From Phyllobates terribilis (Eukaryota): a DNA stretch of 64,000 nucleotides. Position 1 is the first letter of the stretch, and each line of letters starts with the position of its first letter. Shown here piece by piece: positions 11,359 to 23,497 of the stretch. Both the position numbers and the translations under genes were made by a program. The notes beneath the pieces are model-generated. The model was given only the letters and a program-made list of their open reading frames with translations, did no database searches and had not been told where the DNA came from. The stretch lies in NCBI RefSeq assembly GCF_046119375.1, contig NW_027362762.1:67146001-67210000 (forward strand), read 5' to 3'.

Positions 11359-14300
11359 GAGCAGCCATGGTCACTCAAATGTGACGGTGGGAAAGTGCAA
11401 TTACTGTCGCAAGAGGTGGATAATGAAGAGACACAATGGACGGAAAGTCAGGAGGAGGACCAGGTTGCAGAAATGGAAGACGAAGCGGTGGGAAATGAAG
11501 TCACTGACCCAACCTGGCAAGGGGACATGCAGAACGAGGACAGCAGCACACAGAGGGAGGGAAGCATAGCACCACAACAGGCAAGAACAAGCAGTGTGGT
11601 GGCCACAGACACAAAGTGGGCAATCGCTCCCCGGAACACCAACACGGCGGAAGTTGCCAGCACAACTATTAGGTCTTACCGAGTCTGTTTCTTTTATAAA
11701 GACTGTTTAGATATCTCCGAAAGGCCATTTGCAACATCTACCAGGCCAGCATCATCAAGAGCACCAAAACTACCAGCCTGACCAACACCAGCATGCTCAG
11801 GTACATGACAGCGAAGCACCAGACTAGCTGGGCCGAACGGCAAGGTCCAGCAACAGTGTCTGTGGGTGACACCACTGTCTCTTCCTCTGTTGTGCGTGCA
11901 CGCCAATCCCCTGTCCATGGTGCATGCAAAGATACCCCCCGCCTGCACCTGTCATTGCAGACTTGCAACCATCATCGTCCATGTCCTTGTCCCTTCTCAG
12001 CGTTTAGTTGTCCCTACTCCAGTCCTTGAAATGCAAGTTCAAGTATGCAGCCAAAAGGCCGCAATACTAAGCTCCCACATTTCTGGTCTGCTTGCTTGCA
12101 CTTGAAATGTTGCCTTTTAGGTTCATGGAGGCGGAAGCTTTCCACAACCTCATGGCGGCCGCGGCCGGGTGTCCATACTCGATCCCCAGCCGCCACTATT
12201 TCTCCCGGTGTCGTCTCTGCCATCCACAAGCATGGGTCTCAGAACATTACCCGTGCCCTCCCCAGTGCACTTAGCGGGAAGGACCACCTAACCACAAACA
12301 CGTGGACAAGAGAATGTGGCCAGGGACGGTACATCTCACTGACGCATGTCACTGGGTTAATATTGTGGAAGCCAGGACCCAGTTGGACCCTGGGACGGAA
12401 TATGTCCTCCCGACACAGAAGATTGCGGGTCCTGGGTCAATCAGGATTGCCCCCGTATTTTACAGCTCCTGCAACACATCCTCCTCTTCCTCTTCAGCCT
12501 CCATCACTTGAGTCATTTTTTCCAGAAGATATTCCAGATTATGTACTTAAACTGTGTGGGTGCCAATAACAATAAGCAGGACTGTATGCTTAAATGAGAA
12601 ACATCTGTTTCAGAGTTGCAGAGTCGTTGAAAGCTGTATCAGAGAACCTAGTGGTGGCTCTGAAGCTAGGCAAGTTCGCACACGTACCATACCTGGCCCA
12701 TATGCTCAACTTAGTGGTTCTGCAGTTCCCCAAAATCTACACGGATCTGCCAGAGCGGCTTGTGAAAGTACGCTGTGTGTGTGCCCATTTCAGAAAGTCA
12801 GCTACAGCTTCTGCCACCCTGGCGGGGCTTCAGCAGCATTCTCAGCTTCCAGCTCACCGACTAGTGTGCGATTTGACCACAAGTTGGAAATCAATATTGC
12901 AGATGTTTGGAATGATTTTGAGCAGCAGAGAGGAGTTGTTGAGTACCAGCTTCAATACGCCCATCGGCATTCATGTCAGCCTCCGCACATAAGAGCTGAT
13001 GAGTGGGCAATGGCATGGATGTCTAACATCTGTGCCGTCTTCCTAAACTTTGAGGACTCCACCAAGATGGTAAGCGGCGATGATGATATAATTAGCGTCG
13101 CCATCCCACTTCTGTCTACTGACACGCTCGCTGCTCACAATTAAAGAGGAGGCATTGCAAGTGGAGCACGATGAGATGGAGCAAGGAACCATACAGGGTG
13201 ATGCCACACAGCCCAGCCTCATTTCATCCCAACGTGGATTGGATGATGAAGAGGAGGAGGAGGAACAGGTGCTAGTTTCCTGAGCTATAGACGGTACTAC
13301 CTACACAACTGTCATACCGTCTGTTCAGCGTGGATGGCCTGAGGAGAGGGAGCAGGAGGAGAAGTAGGAGGATGAGGAAGAGAGCATGGTCAGTCGTCCT
13401 CTTGGTGAGGACACAGAAGTCTTGCCTGTTAGTAGTCTGGCACACATGGGTGAGTTTATGTTCCGCTGCCTTTCCCATGACCCTCGTGTTTTACACATTT
13501 TGGGTGACAGTCATTTCTGGATTGTCACACTTCTAGACCCACTCTACAAGGAGAACTTTCGATCTCTCCTTCCCGCGGCGGAGAGGTCTAGTAAAATGTT
13601 GCAGTACCAGAAGGCCCTTGTTGTGGAATTCAAAAAAATCTTATCTGAAAACGCTGACGGACAATCACGGTTTTAAATAGCAGACTTGAAGTTTACTATT
13701 TTTCACAGCGACCAGTTATATGTGATACGTCTGACCGACACCGACGGTTTTAAAAAGCGGCACTGTAGTGTACTATTCTTCTCAGCGACCACGTCTGAAT
13801 AGCTTCACTGACACACTGCTAAAAACTGTAAATGGAGGTCAATATTTTCCACATTCAATACAAATTTCTGGATTTTTATCTCTGTAATATAGAGAAGATC
13901 TGGCTGTATTCTGCAGTGCTAACAAGCAAATGGAGCAGATAAATAATGTATTCTGGATTGCTTTTTAAGCAAATGATAAGGATTAAGATAAAAAAATAGC
14001 CCTGACCCCTGATCTGGGGTTATGTCTACAAATATCTGTGACAGCAGGATCAGACAGAACGTGCAATGGACCCTCTTGTGCTGTATGCACTGCCACAAAA
14101 CCTGCCTGCCTAACTCCTGCTATCACCACTGAATATATGCAGCTGTATTAGTCCTCAGAAGGACTGTTAGTTCAGTTGGACATATATGTTGCGGAATACC
14201 TATACTAACTATAAACAAGCAAAACTCTCCCTGACTCAGCAAAATCTCTCATTACTCGGCCTGATTCCGGGGTAGACTGTGACGAGTATAGCGGCGCCAG

Positions 14301-14574
14301 GTCTTATATAGACCTGATGACGCTGCGCGGAAAGCCAATCAGTGTAATGCCACAACCAACATGGCTGCGGCATTACAGTGTGTGGCAGACAACAATCCCT
14401 GCATGTTCATTGGCTCTCTAAAGACCAAGAAACATGCAGGGAGGAGACCCGAGCTCCCGCCCGAGCAACCAGGAAATACTCGCCGAGCGCTGAGCATGTC
14501 GAGCAGGGTGATGCTCAGGCGAGTACCGAATAGTGTCAAGCACGTTCGCTCAGCACTGACTGCCAGAGCTACAA

Positions 14575-14965
14575 TGGATGGTTTAGACCAAAGCATATTG
14601 ATGCGTGTGATCGGCCCAGTCACATACCAAACCTAAATCCCATTGAGAATCTGTAGCAAGATGCTCTCAATCCCATCTCACTGAGCGAGAGCAAGTGTGC
14701 AGAGAAGAATGGACAAAAATTTCAGCTTGCAGATGTGCAAAGCTGGTAGACACAGACCCCAAAAGATTTGCTGCAGTAATTACACCAAAAGGTGGTCCCA
14801 CAAAGTATTGACTCGGGGGAGTGAGGGCTGAATACAAATGCACATTACCATTTTCAGATTAATATTTTTAAAATATTTTGAAAACCATGTTATCATTTCC
14901 TTTACGCTTCACAAATATTTGCTACTTTGTTTTGGTATATCATATAAAATCCCAATAAAATACAT
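14575..14965 (+). mobile_element. Tc1 3' fragment
   Basis: CCCAGTCAC...CCTAAATCCCATTGAGAATCTG (PS-S--LNPIENL) and AAAGGTGGTCCCACAAAGTATTGA (KGG-TKY*). Confidence 0.8.
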
Positions 14966-15599
14966 TTAACCCTCTCTCAGGCACACCTCTGGCACCCCCA
15001 AGTTCAGGCGCCTGACGGGCGTATGTTAGAGAACCACCAATAATATCTAATTGTCTTAATTTCAGGATTCTAAAAGTAATCAGTGACCTTCATATGTATT
15101 AAAAGAGAGTACACAAAATCAGATGCCAAAAATACCATTTAATAACCATAAACATATTAAAACAAAAAGTACCACATTTCTCTACTACCGCCAAAAAGCC
15201 TCCATTTTTCATGACATAACTATTACTAAACATTGTGCCTTAGATGCTACCTTCTTTTTTCTGAGAAACCCTTACTTATTTCCACAAAATTAGCATTATT
15301 CATTCATAAAACAAGATAAATAAACAATTTATAAACGCAGCCAACGCACCAGGGCAATCGAGAAGAGCCTGCCAAAACACCAAAATTGGCTGCGGGCTAC
15401 TATTTTTAGACTGGGAAGAGCCCAATAACCAGGGACCTTCTCAGCCTGATAATATAAGCCCTCAGCTGTCTGCTTTACCTTAGCTGGTCATCAAAAATAG
15501 GGGGGACCCAATGTCAGTTTTTTTTCATTCATTTATTTATTTATTTATTAGCTTAATACAAGTACAGTAAACTGCACAAGCAAGGCTCTAATTATATAT

Positions 15600-15690
15600 C
15601 CCATATAATTATATATCTCATCTATCTATCTATCAATCTATCTATTATCTATCTACCCTATATTTATCTATCTAACATCTATCTATCTAT
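15600..15690. repeat. Imperfect (TATC)n microsatellite
   Basis: Read directly. Confidence 0.85.
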
Positions 15691-15991
15691 TTCTGTCTTT
15701 GCACATCTTTAACACCTAAACATGTCATTTATACTCTGCATCCTATTCCAGTATGTGTCACATGGATGGTGTACTCGGGCGGCAAACGGATTACACATAC
15801 ACATACACTTGGACACATGGACACGGATAGCATCTGTACTGGTTTTCCCAGTACCCAAAATATCAGGACCTGTGAAAGAGGCCTTATTCTGTATATATAC
15901 ACTGCACAGCACCACTTCTTCGGTCTTGTATACATAATGTAATTATCAGTATCTGTATTACTCTTTATTAGTGTTGAGCGAGCATGCTCAT

Positions 15992-18944
15992 TTAACCCTT
16001 TAACCCTGCTGTTCTGATCGCATTTACTATACACTTGTACTGTTTCGGGTCAATATGACCCGACCTATAAAAATGTTGATTTTAGCTACTGTAAGTGTTT
16101 TATTTGAATACCTATTTCATTAGTAACCCCTTTACCGCCGAGGGTGGTTTCCACGTTAATGACCAGGCCAATTTTTACAATTCTGACCACTGTCACTTTA
16201 TGAAGTAATTACTCTGGAGCGCTTCAACGGATCCCCCTGATTCTGAGACTGTTTTTTCGTGACATATTGTACTTCATGATTGTGGTAAAAATTTCTTCGA
16301 TATCACTTGCGTTTATTTGTGAAAAAAACGGAAATTTGGGGAAAATGTTGAAAATTTAGCAATTTTCAAAATTTGAATTTTTATGCCCTTAAATCAGAGA
16401 GATATGTCACACAAAAGAGTTAATAAATAACATTTCCCACATGTCTACTTTACATCAGCACAATTTTGGAACCAAAATTTTTTTTTTATTAGGGAGCTAT
16501 AAGGGTTAAAAGTTGACCAGCGATTTCTCATTTTTCCAACAAAATTTACAAAACCATTTTTTTAGGGACCACATCACATTTGAAGTCACTTTGAGAGGTC
16601 TTTATGACAGAAAATACCCAAAAGTGACACTATTCTAAAAACTGCACCCCTCAAGGTGCTCAAAACCACATTCAAGAACTTTATTAACCCTTCAGGGTTC
16701 GTAAAATGAAAAAGTGGAAAAAAAAACACTTTTTCATTTTTACAAATCAATTTGTGAAGCACCTGGGAGTTCCAAGTGTTCACTATGCATCTAGATAGGT
16801 GCCTTGGGTGGTCTAGTTTCCAAAATGGGGTAACTTGTGGGGGAGCTCCAATGTTTAGGCACACAGGGGCTCTCCAAACGCAACATGGTGTCCGCTAACA
16901 ATTTGAGCTGATTTTCCATTCAATTTGTTAGCGGACACCATGTCGCGTTTGGAGAGCCCCTGATGTGCCTAAACAGTGGAGCTCCCCCACAAGTGGCCCC
17001 ATTTTGGAAACTATACCCCTCATGGATTTTATTAAGGGGTATAGTGAACATTTTGAACCAAGAGGTACGACACAGAATTTGATAACATTAGGTCATCATA
17101 TTGAATAAGTTGTCATTACTCTTGAGTGCAAGTGCTCGCTACTTGAGTTTGCATCGGGTACTCAGGTATGCGCCATGTATCACGGGTGCTCAAGTGAAAT
17201 GCTCGAGTCCCCGCCCGCATGTTTCACGGTTATTAGACACCCCAAAAAAAACAAGCGGGGATCGCTCGTGCATGGCAGGCAATCCCCGCGAGGTTTTTTT
17301 GGCCGCGAAGCATATGGGGCAGAGACTCGAGCACTCGCGATACTCAGGTCATGCCCGAGCACCCGATGCAAACTCAAGTAGCGAGCACTTGCGCTCAACA
17401 CTAGTTGCCAGATCGTCATCTTTTTTTTTTTTTTTTACTTTTGAAAAAAAAACAACCCCAACCCTAACATTAGCACAACCCCAACCCCAGCCCTAGCGTT
17501 TATTTTTTACGCCGTTCCTCATGCGGTATAAGTGATGAGATTACTTTATTCTTCGGGTCGGTGCGATTACAGCGATACCAGAATCATATCGGGTTTTTAT
17601 GATTGACAGCAGTCACACACTAAAAGACACATATTTTGTAAAATCTAGTTTTTGCATTGCCATATTTTGGCCTACAGAGTCATGTGATAGCTTGTTTTTT
17701 GCGGGATGAGTTGGCGTTTTTATTGGTGCCATTTTCAGGCACGTGACATTTTTTGATCACTTTCTATTCCTATTTTTGGGAGGCAGAATAAACAAAAACC
17801 AACAATTCAGGAATTGTGTTTTTATACATTTTTTTATTCTGCTCCGGGTGTGGTAAAATTGATAAGGTAGCTTTATTCTTCGGGTCAGTACGTTTACAGC
17901 GGTACCACATTTATATCGTTTTTTATGTTTTGGCGCTTTTACACAGTAAAAGCTATTTTACAGAAAAAATTATTTTTTTGCATCGCTTTATTCTGAGAGC
18001 TGTAACTTTTTGATTTTTCAGATGATGGAGCTGTATGGTGGCTTGTTTTTTGCGGGACAAGATGACGTTTTCAGCGGTACCATTTTTATTTATATTTGTC
18101 TTTTTGATCGCGTGTTATTCCATTTTTTGTTTGGCGGTATGATGATAAAGCATTGTTTTTTGCTTTGTTTTTTATTTTTAGTTTTTACCGTGTTCACTGA
18201 AGGGGTTAACTAGTGGAACAGTTGTATAGGCCAGGTCGTTACGGACGCGGCGATACCAAATATGTGTACTTTTATTGTTTGTTTGTTTTTTTTTCATAAT
18301 AATATTTATTGATGGGTACATTATATTTTTATTTTTAGTGGATTATTTTTTTTATTATTTTTTTTAATATTTTTTCAATATATATTTTTTTTTTTTCACT
18401 TTCTGGGAGTTTTTTTACTTTTTTACTTTGTTCCACTATGGGACTTTCACTTTTTTTATTCTGATCGCCTGCATGGCACAGGAATGCAGCACCATCCCTG
18501 TGCCATGCAGGCAGTCAGCGCTGGACAGGGAGAAGATAGTTTGGAGATGCACTGCGCATGTCCAAACAATCTTCCTGCTGTCTGATGACCCGGATGTTGT
18601 CATGACGACATCTGGTCGTCATGGCAACACCCGGGAAGCCGCGGCAGACAGCGCTGGAGGCCGGAAGAGGAGGTGAGTATACCGATCACCTCCCCTTGCC
18701 ACCGCAATGCTGCGATCAACTTCGATCGCAGCATTGCGTGGGTTAATGTGCTGGGAGCGGTGCGGGACCGCTCCCTGCACATAGTACCGGGTGTCAGCTG
18801 TGACAATCAGCTGACACCCGGCGGCGATCGCGCCCGCACAGCCTGTGTGCGCGCGCGATCGCGATGACGTACTAATACGGGTCTGGCTCTTAAAGCCCAG
18901 GGCACTGACGCGTATTAGTACGTCATGGGCTTTAAAGGGGTTAA
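15992..18944. mobile_element. Non-autonomous TTAA-ended (piggyBac-like) repeat
   Basis: TTAACCCTT and TAACCCCTT starts at 15992 and 16124; right end CGTCATGGGCTTTAAAGGGG|TTAA; internal inverted duplication (16540-16900 vs 16920-17080); no transposase. Left boundary uncertain. Confidence 0.6.
17117..17403. mobile_element. Palindromic hAT MITE nested in the piggyBac-like repeat
   Basis: Right TIR GCGCTCAACACTA; arms CAAGTGCTCGCTACTTGAGTTTGCATCGGG / CCCGATGCAAACTCAAGTAGCGAGCACTTG; flanks GTTGTCAT / GTTGCCAG (6 of 8). Confidence 0.75.
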
Positions 18945-19259
18945 ACTGTATGTGAAAGTGGTTGATCATAAACAAATGAAAAATGAAATTAAAACTTAAT
19001 TTTTATTTATTTTTTTCAGAAAAAGGTTACACGGGCAATTATGTTCGCTTTATAGCATTCTGCACACAAATAACAAACATGTTTGAGATTTCTATTACTA
19101 TAACATGAAATCTAACTAAATATAACTTTGTCTTAACATATTTTATAAAACAACAAATCAAAAATAATGAAAAAAACTAACTATATAAATAAATAACAAT
19201 AAAAGAGAAAAAAATCTATAACCAGTTTCACAACAACAAGAGCTTATATACTACAGTAA

Positions 19260-19385
19260 GGGCCCCATCGCTCTCCCAGCAATGAAGAAAGTGAAGTGTG
19301 ACCGCTACGCTTGCGATGCTGGAGCCTCGCGTTTGTGACGTTGCAGCATCGGAATCGCAGGGTGTATCTGTGTGTGATCGGGCCC
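19260..19385. mobile_element. Small PIF/Harbinger-type MITE
   Basis: TAA|GGGCCCCATC ... GATCGGGCCC|TAA. Confidence 0.65.
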
Positions 19386-20369
19386 TAAAACAGACCCTGT
19401 TCAAATCTGTACTCAATGCTCATCCATGCAATCAATATATCACATCAGTGAGAATACACCCCCTCCTAGACAAACATTCAGTCTACACAAGCCTAAAGCC
19501 CCCGTCTCACATAGCGAGATCACTAGCGAGATCGCTGCTGTGTCACGGTTTTGGTGACGCAACAGCGACCTCACCAGCGATGTCGCTATGTGTCACACTT
19601 TGCAGCGATCAGGCCCCTGCTGTGAGGTCGCTGATCGCTGCAGAATGTCTTGGATCTTTTTTTGGTCGTTGCCCTCCCGCTGGTCAGCACACATCGCTGT
19701 GTGTGACCAGCGGGAGCAGCGATCAGGCTGGTAACCATGATAAACAGCGGGTTACTAGGGGCGCACGTGTGTCACCCCAGGCCTGTGTCTGAGAGCAGGA
19801 GGGAGGTTCTCTGGTCATGGACCATTTGCATGCAGCACCTGCTGTCCCAGGCCAGTAGGGGGAGCAGGCTGCCCCTATAAAAACTGGTACTGAGGGCAGG
19901 GTTAGGGAGACCAGGACCCGCTGGTAGGCCTACCCACTCACCCTGACCAGCGGAGCTCGCCCGAATGCCCTCAGACACCCAGGCCCATTCCTACCCTGTA
20001 CTCCTGGTGGGTCTGTGATAAGATCAGTAAAAGACCCTGGACTGCATTATTGGACTCTGTATGGTTACTGCTGCGCCTGCACCATCACCCCCAGCATCCT
20101 ATTACCTGCCCTGAGGCTACACTCCTCCTGTGGGGAGTTGTACTATTCCCTGCTGCATCCCCAACACCAGCCTCAGCAGTCTGCCTTGCAGCGGCGGTCC
20201 TCCCTGACCGCAATCCACGGGTGGCGTAGTCGGACATTACCTACAGCACATCATAGAATACCCCTGGTCTGACCACCCTGAGCCACGGGACCAGGTCGCC
20301 ACTACTACTCCCAGCATTGCCCTGAAGTCCGGTTTCGAGTGCCCCACGGCCCAGAGGGCGAGTCAGCTT

Positions 20370-20388
20370 TGGCGTAGTCGGCAGGATT
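20370..20388 (+). promoter_or_regulatory. Primer-binding site complementary to vertebrate tRNA-Ser(AGA/UGA) 3' end
   Basis: TGGCGTAGTCGGCAGGATT two nt after the LTR end; complement of ...AATCCTGCCGACTACG-CCA (tRNA sequence recalled, not searched). Confidence 0.85.
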
Positions 20389-20784
20389 GAGACCAACCCG
20401 CCACATACGGGTATTGCGTGACTGAAAAAGACTGTACACGTACCTGAAGAAGAGGTTTCCCGCCATCCGGAGCCGTTTCCCGCCATTTTCAGCCGTCTCC
20501 CGCCATCTTCCGTCGGTTCCCGCCATCTTCAGCCGTTTTCCCGCCATCGGACGCCATCTTCAGGATGCCGCGCGGGAAGAAGAGGGGCGTGGACGTCCAA
20601 ACCGCGCGAGACCCGAAGCTCCGCCCCACGCACCGATGCTGCGCAAGGTCCTTGAAGGGAGAGAGCGACGCTGACGTCACCAGGACGCGACGCAAGGTCC
20701 TCGTCCGGAGCTGCACCAGCGGAGCCACGGCCTACAGAAGAGGATCGTCGGAAGGTAGGCAACGCTTAACTAGGGGAGAGGAAG

Positions 20785-21775
20785 ATGACGGACACGGAGG
20801 GGCCTTCTACAACCAGCGGGGCTGCAGCGGCGGTGATGCCGTTCTCTATGCCCTACATCCCCGGAGCAGCCTGGCTACCCCAATACTCAGGGAATCCCCA
20901 TACCTTAACTGACTTTAGGGAAAGACTGTACAGTTTATTCAAAGTTTATCCCCTGACAGAAGAACAGAAAGTGAGCATTCTGACGGGGCAGCTCACCGGT
21001 GCAGCCCAGCGGGAAGTGAAATCATGGTCAGATGAAGAGAAAAAGACAGTAAAGGACATTCTGACCCGGCTGCAGACTACCTTTGATACCCGTACCTCAG
21101 CAGAAATAAAAATGCGGTTCTATGGCTGTAAGCAGCGGGCCCAGGATACTATCAGAGACTATGCCTTGAAACTGCAAGAAGCCCTGAGAGCTATCAAACA
21201 AGCTGACCCTGGCAGCGTGCAGGACTCTGATAAACTGTTGACTGACCAGTTCATGGAAGGTCTGTTGTCCAGCTCCCACAGAACCCAGCTGCGCCTCATG
21301 GCCCTACAGAACCCCGATTTGACTTTTGCGCAGTTCAAGGATCGGGCCATCCGAGTGCTCAGAGAACCCGCAGCAGGTGGCGCTGTAGCTTCCCGGCGCC
21401 CTGCCATCACTTACCACCAGGGGGCAGCGCCCTACCCTGCAGACCTTGTGGGGGCTGATGCACAGGCCCTAAATCCATCCCAGCCTGCAGACCTGCACCA
21501 TCAGGTCCAGGAGCTAACAGAGTGTGGCCACATTAACCAGGACCGTACAGTTGTTGCAGGTGGAACCATCAAGACCAATCGAGCTGGCTTCAAGTCCGGA
21601 GGATGTCCCGTGGCGTAGACAGAGGAGGATCCCGCCGTTCAGAGGGAGGCCCGCCGACCGCTACGCTGAGGATGGACAGCCGATTTGCCGCCGTTGCAGT
21701 CAGCCAGGACACATAGCAAGGTACTGTACTTTAAATGGGTCCGACCTGGGGCAGAGGGCCAATCCCCAGGCATAA
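20785..21775 (+). pseudogene. gag: Gypsy A gag with one frameshift near 21520
   Basis: 277-aa ORF (WLPQYSG, QLTGAAQREV) continuing in the 21524-21775 frame with zinc knuckle CRRCSQPGHIARYC. Confidence 0.85.
21730..21770 (+). promoter_or_regulatory. Putative -1 ribosomal frameshift signal (gag-pol)
   Basis: T TTA AAT in the gag frame, 8-nt spacer, stem CCTGGGG(21745-21751)/CCCCAGG(21764-21770); pol opens in the -1 frame. Confidence 0.7.
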
Positions 21776-22423
21776 GGTCATCAGGCCCGTCTAATTGGCG
21801 TGATAAGTACGTGGGAGGACGCCCGGTCTTACCCGTAGTGTTGGACGGTATCCCCATGAGTGCACTGCTGGACACCGGGTCTCAAGTGACTACCATCCCC
21901 TACGTACTTTTCAAGCGGTACTGGAGTGACACTGACATAACCCGCTACCCAGACGATGACTTAAGCATCATTGCCAGCAATGGCCAACCCGTGCCGCAGG
22001 TGGGGTTCAGAGAGATGACCATCAAGATTGGTAAGGTGGAACTGCCGGCACAGGGAGTGATCATTGTGGACATTGACCGTCGTGAAAGTCACCCTAAAAT
22101 AACTGTGGGTACTAATGTAATTGAAAACTGTCTTTCAGAAGTAATTGTGATTTTACAGCAGGTGGCGATGAATGCGAGCTCCAGCCAAAAGAGGGTCCTC
22201 CAGAAAGAGATAAGAGCCCTGATGAGACGGCAGCAGGTAGAACTGTCTGGTGGTGAGATCGGTAGCGTAAGAATGAGTGACCCATTCCCCATTTCCATGC
22301 CTCCCAAAAGTGAAATGATGATCTGGTGTCGGACTGCAATCGGGTTGAGAGGCAGAGACTACCAAGCCATGGTAGAACCCGTGTACTCAGACAGCATTTT
22401 GCCAGCCCGGGGGGTGATTGATG

Positions 22424-23497
22424 TGACGCGCCCCCTGGGCCTGTGTTGTGCAGGGGAACCCGGAAGCGGGCCTGTTGCAGAATGCTGGGGGTTGTAGTCT
22501 CCGTGTGGCGGTGACCCGGTCCGTGCCCTGGGTGGTCAAACCAGTGGCAGTCTTAATGTATAGCAAATGTCCGACTACGCCACCCGTGGATTGCGGTCAG
22601 TGGGGACCGCCGCTGCGCTGCCGACCGCTGAGGCTGATGTTGTTTGCGCAGCCGAGTATAGGATAACTCCCCACGGGAGAAGTATTGCTTCAGGGCAGCT
22701 AATGTGAGAGATGATGGGAGTGATGGTGTGAGGGTCCCAGTGCTAATGGTGCTGGTGCGGCAAGGAATCACAGAGACGTGAGGTGCAGTTCAGGGTCTTT
22801 ACTGATGGTACAAGGCAGACCCTCCCGGGACTACTGGCTAGTATAAGGGGCCTGGTCAGTCTGCGAGCAAGCAGGAGTTCCCCTGGCCAGGTGGAGTTGT
22901 AGGCCTCCCCGTTTATCTGCACTCTTCCTGGCTACCTTGCTGTCAGCGGTTACAAGTAGCCCACGTCCCTGAGTATACCATGTGGTGCTCACCCGTATGG
23001 CTGGTGACTTGGGGCCTTCTGTTAGCCTCCGCTCCTGGATGGCGGCGCTGGTCCCTTCTTTGTGACTGAGCCTCCGGGCTTCTATGGCCAGAGGACCTGG
23101 AATCCCCTGCCGGCTGGTTTCTGCTGCTGGGTATATATCAGTCCCCACAGCCTCGGACTGCTGTGTCCGGTTTTAGTAACTTCAGCGAGCTATATCTTCA
23201 GGGCGAGCTATATCTCTGCTCACAGCCCCTGGCCTTCTGTCTCTGCTCCGACAGAGCTCCTGATGTATCTTTTCCTGTGTCTGCAGCTTCACTCTAGGCT
23301 CTGACTCCTCTGCTTGTTCTGCAGGCTCTGTCTCACCTAATCCCGCCCCAGACCCAGTTTATAAGGGCAGATTCCTCCCCTCCCAGGTCTGGGTGGGCAG
23401 CGTTGCATGCTTAGGGCTCCTGACCAGAGAAACCTCCCACTTGCTCTCAGGCATAATATCTCTATTACTGTGGCAACCAGACCCCTGGGGTGTCACA
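22424..23497 (-). mobile_element. Solo LTR of a related Gypsy family, antisense, inside pol
   Basis: TG...GTGTCACA flanked by GATG / GATG; removal restores ARGVIDVCHGRVPVRILN; carries the reverse complement of the family-A LTR block CTGACCGCAATCCACGGGTGGCGTAGTCGGACA. Confidence 0.88.

Larger units (their letters stand above)
10098..14558 (+). mobile_element. Disrupted hAT element (transposase pseudogene plus 3' end)
   Basis: Segments collinear with the 58-61 kb transposase (LEMLPFRFME, SRHYFSR, YLAHMLNLVV, LDPLYKENF); C-terminal dimerisation domain absent; 3' terminus CGCTCAGCACTG at 14547-14558. Confidence 0.85.

Noticed and set aside
19298-19792. 164-aa ORF
   Set aside because: Runs across two MITEs and an LTR start; chance open frame.
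20370-20388. tRNA genes at the two PBS sites
   Set aside because: Only 18-19 nt complementary to a tRNA 3' end including CCA, directly after an LTR; no cloverleaf.
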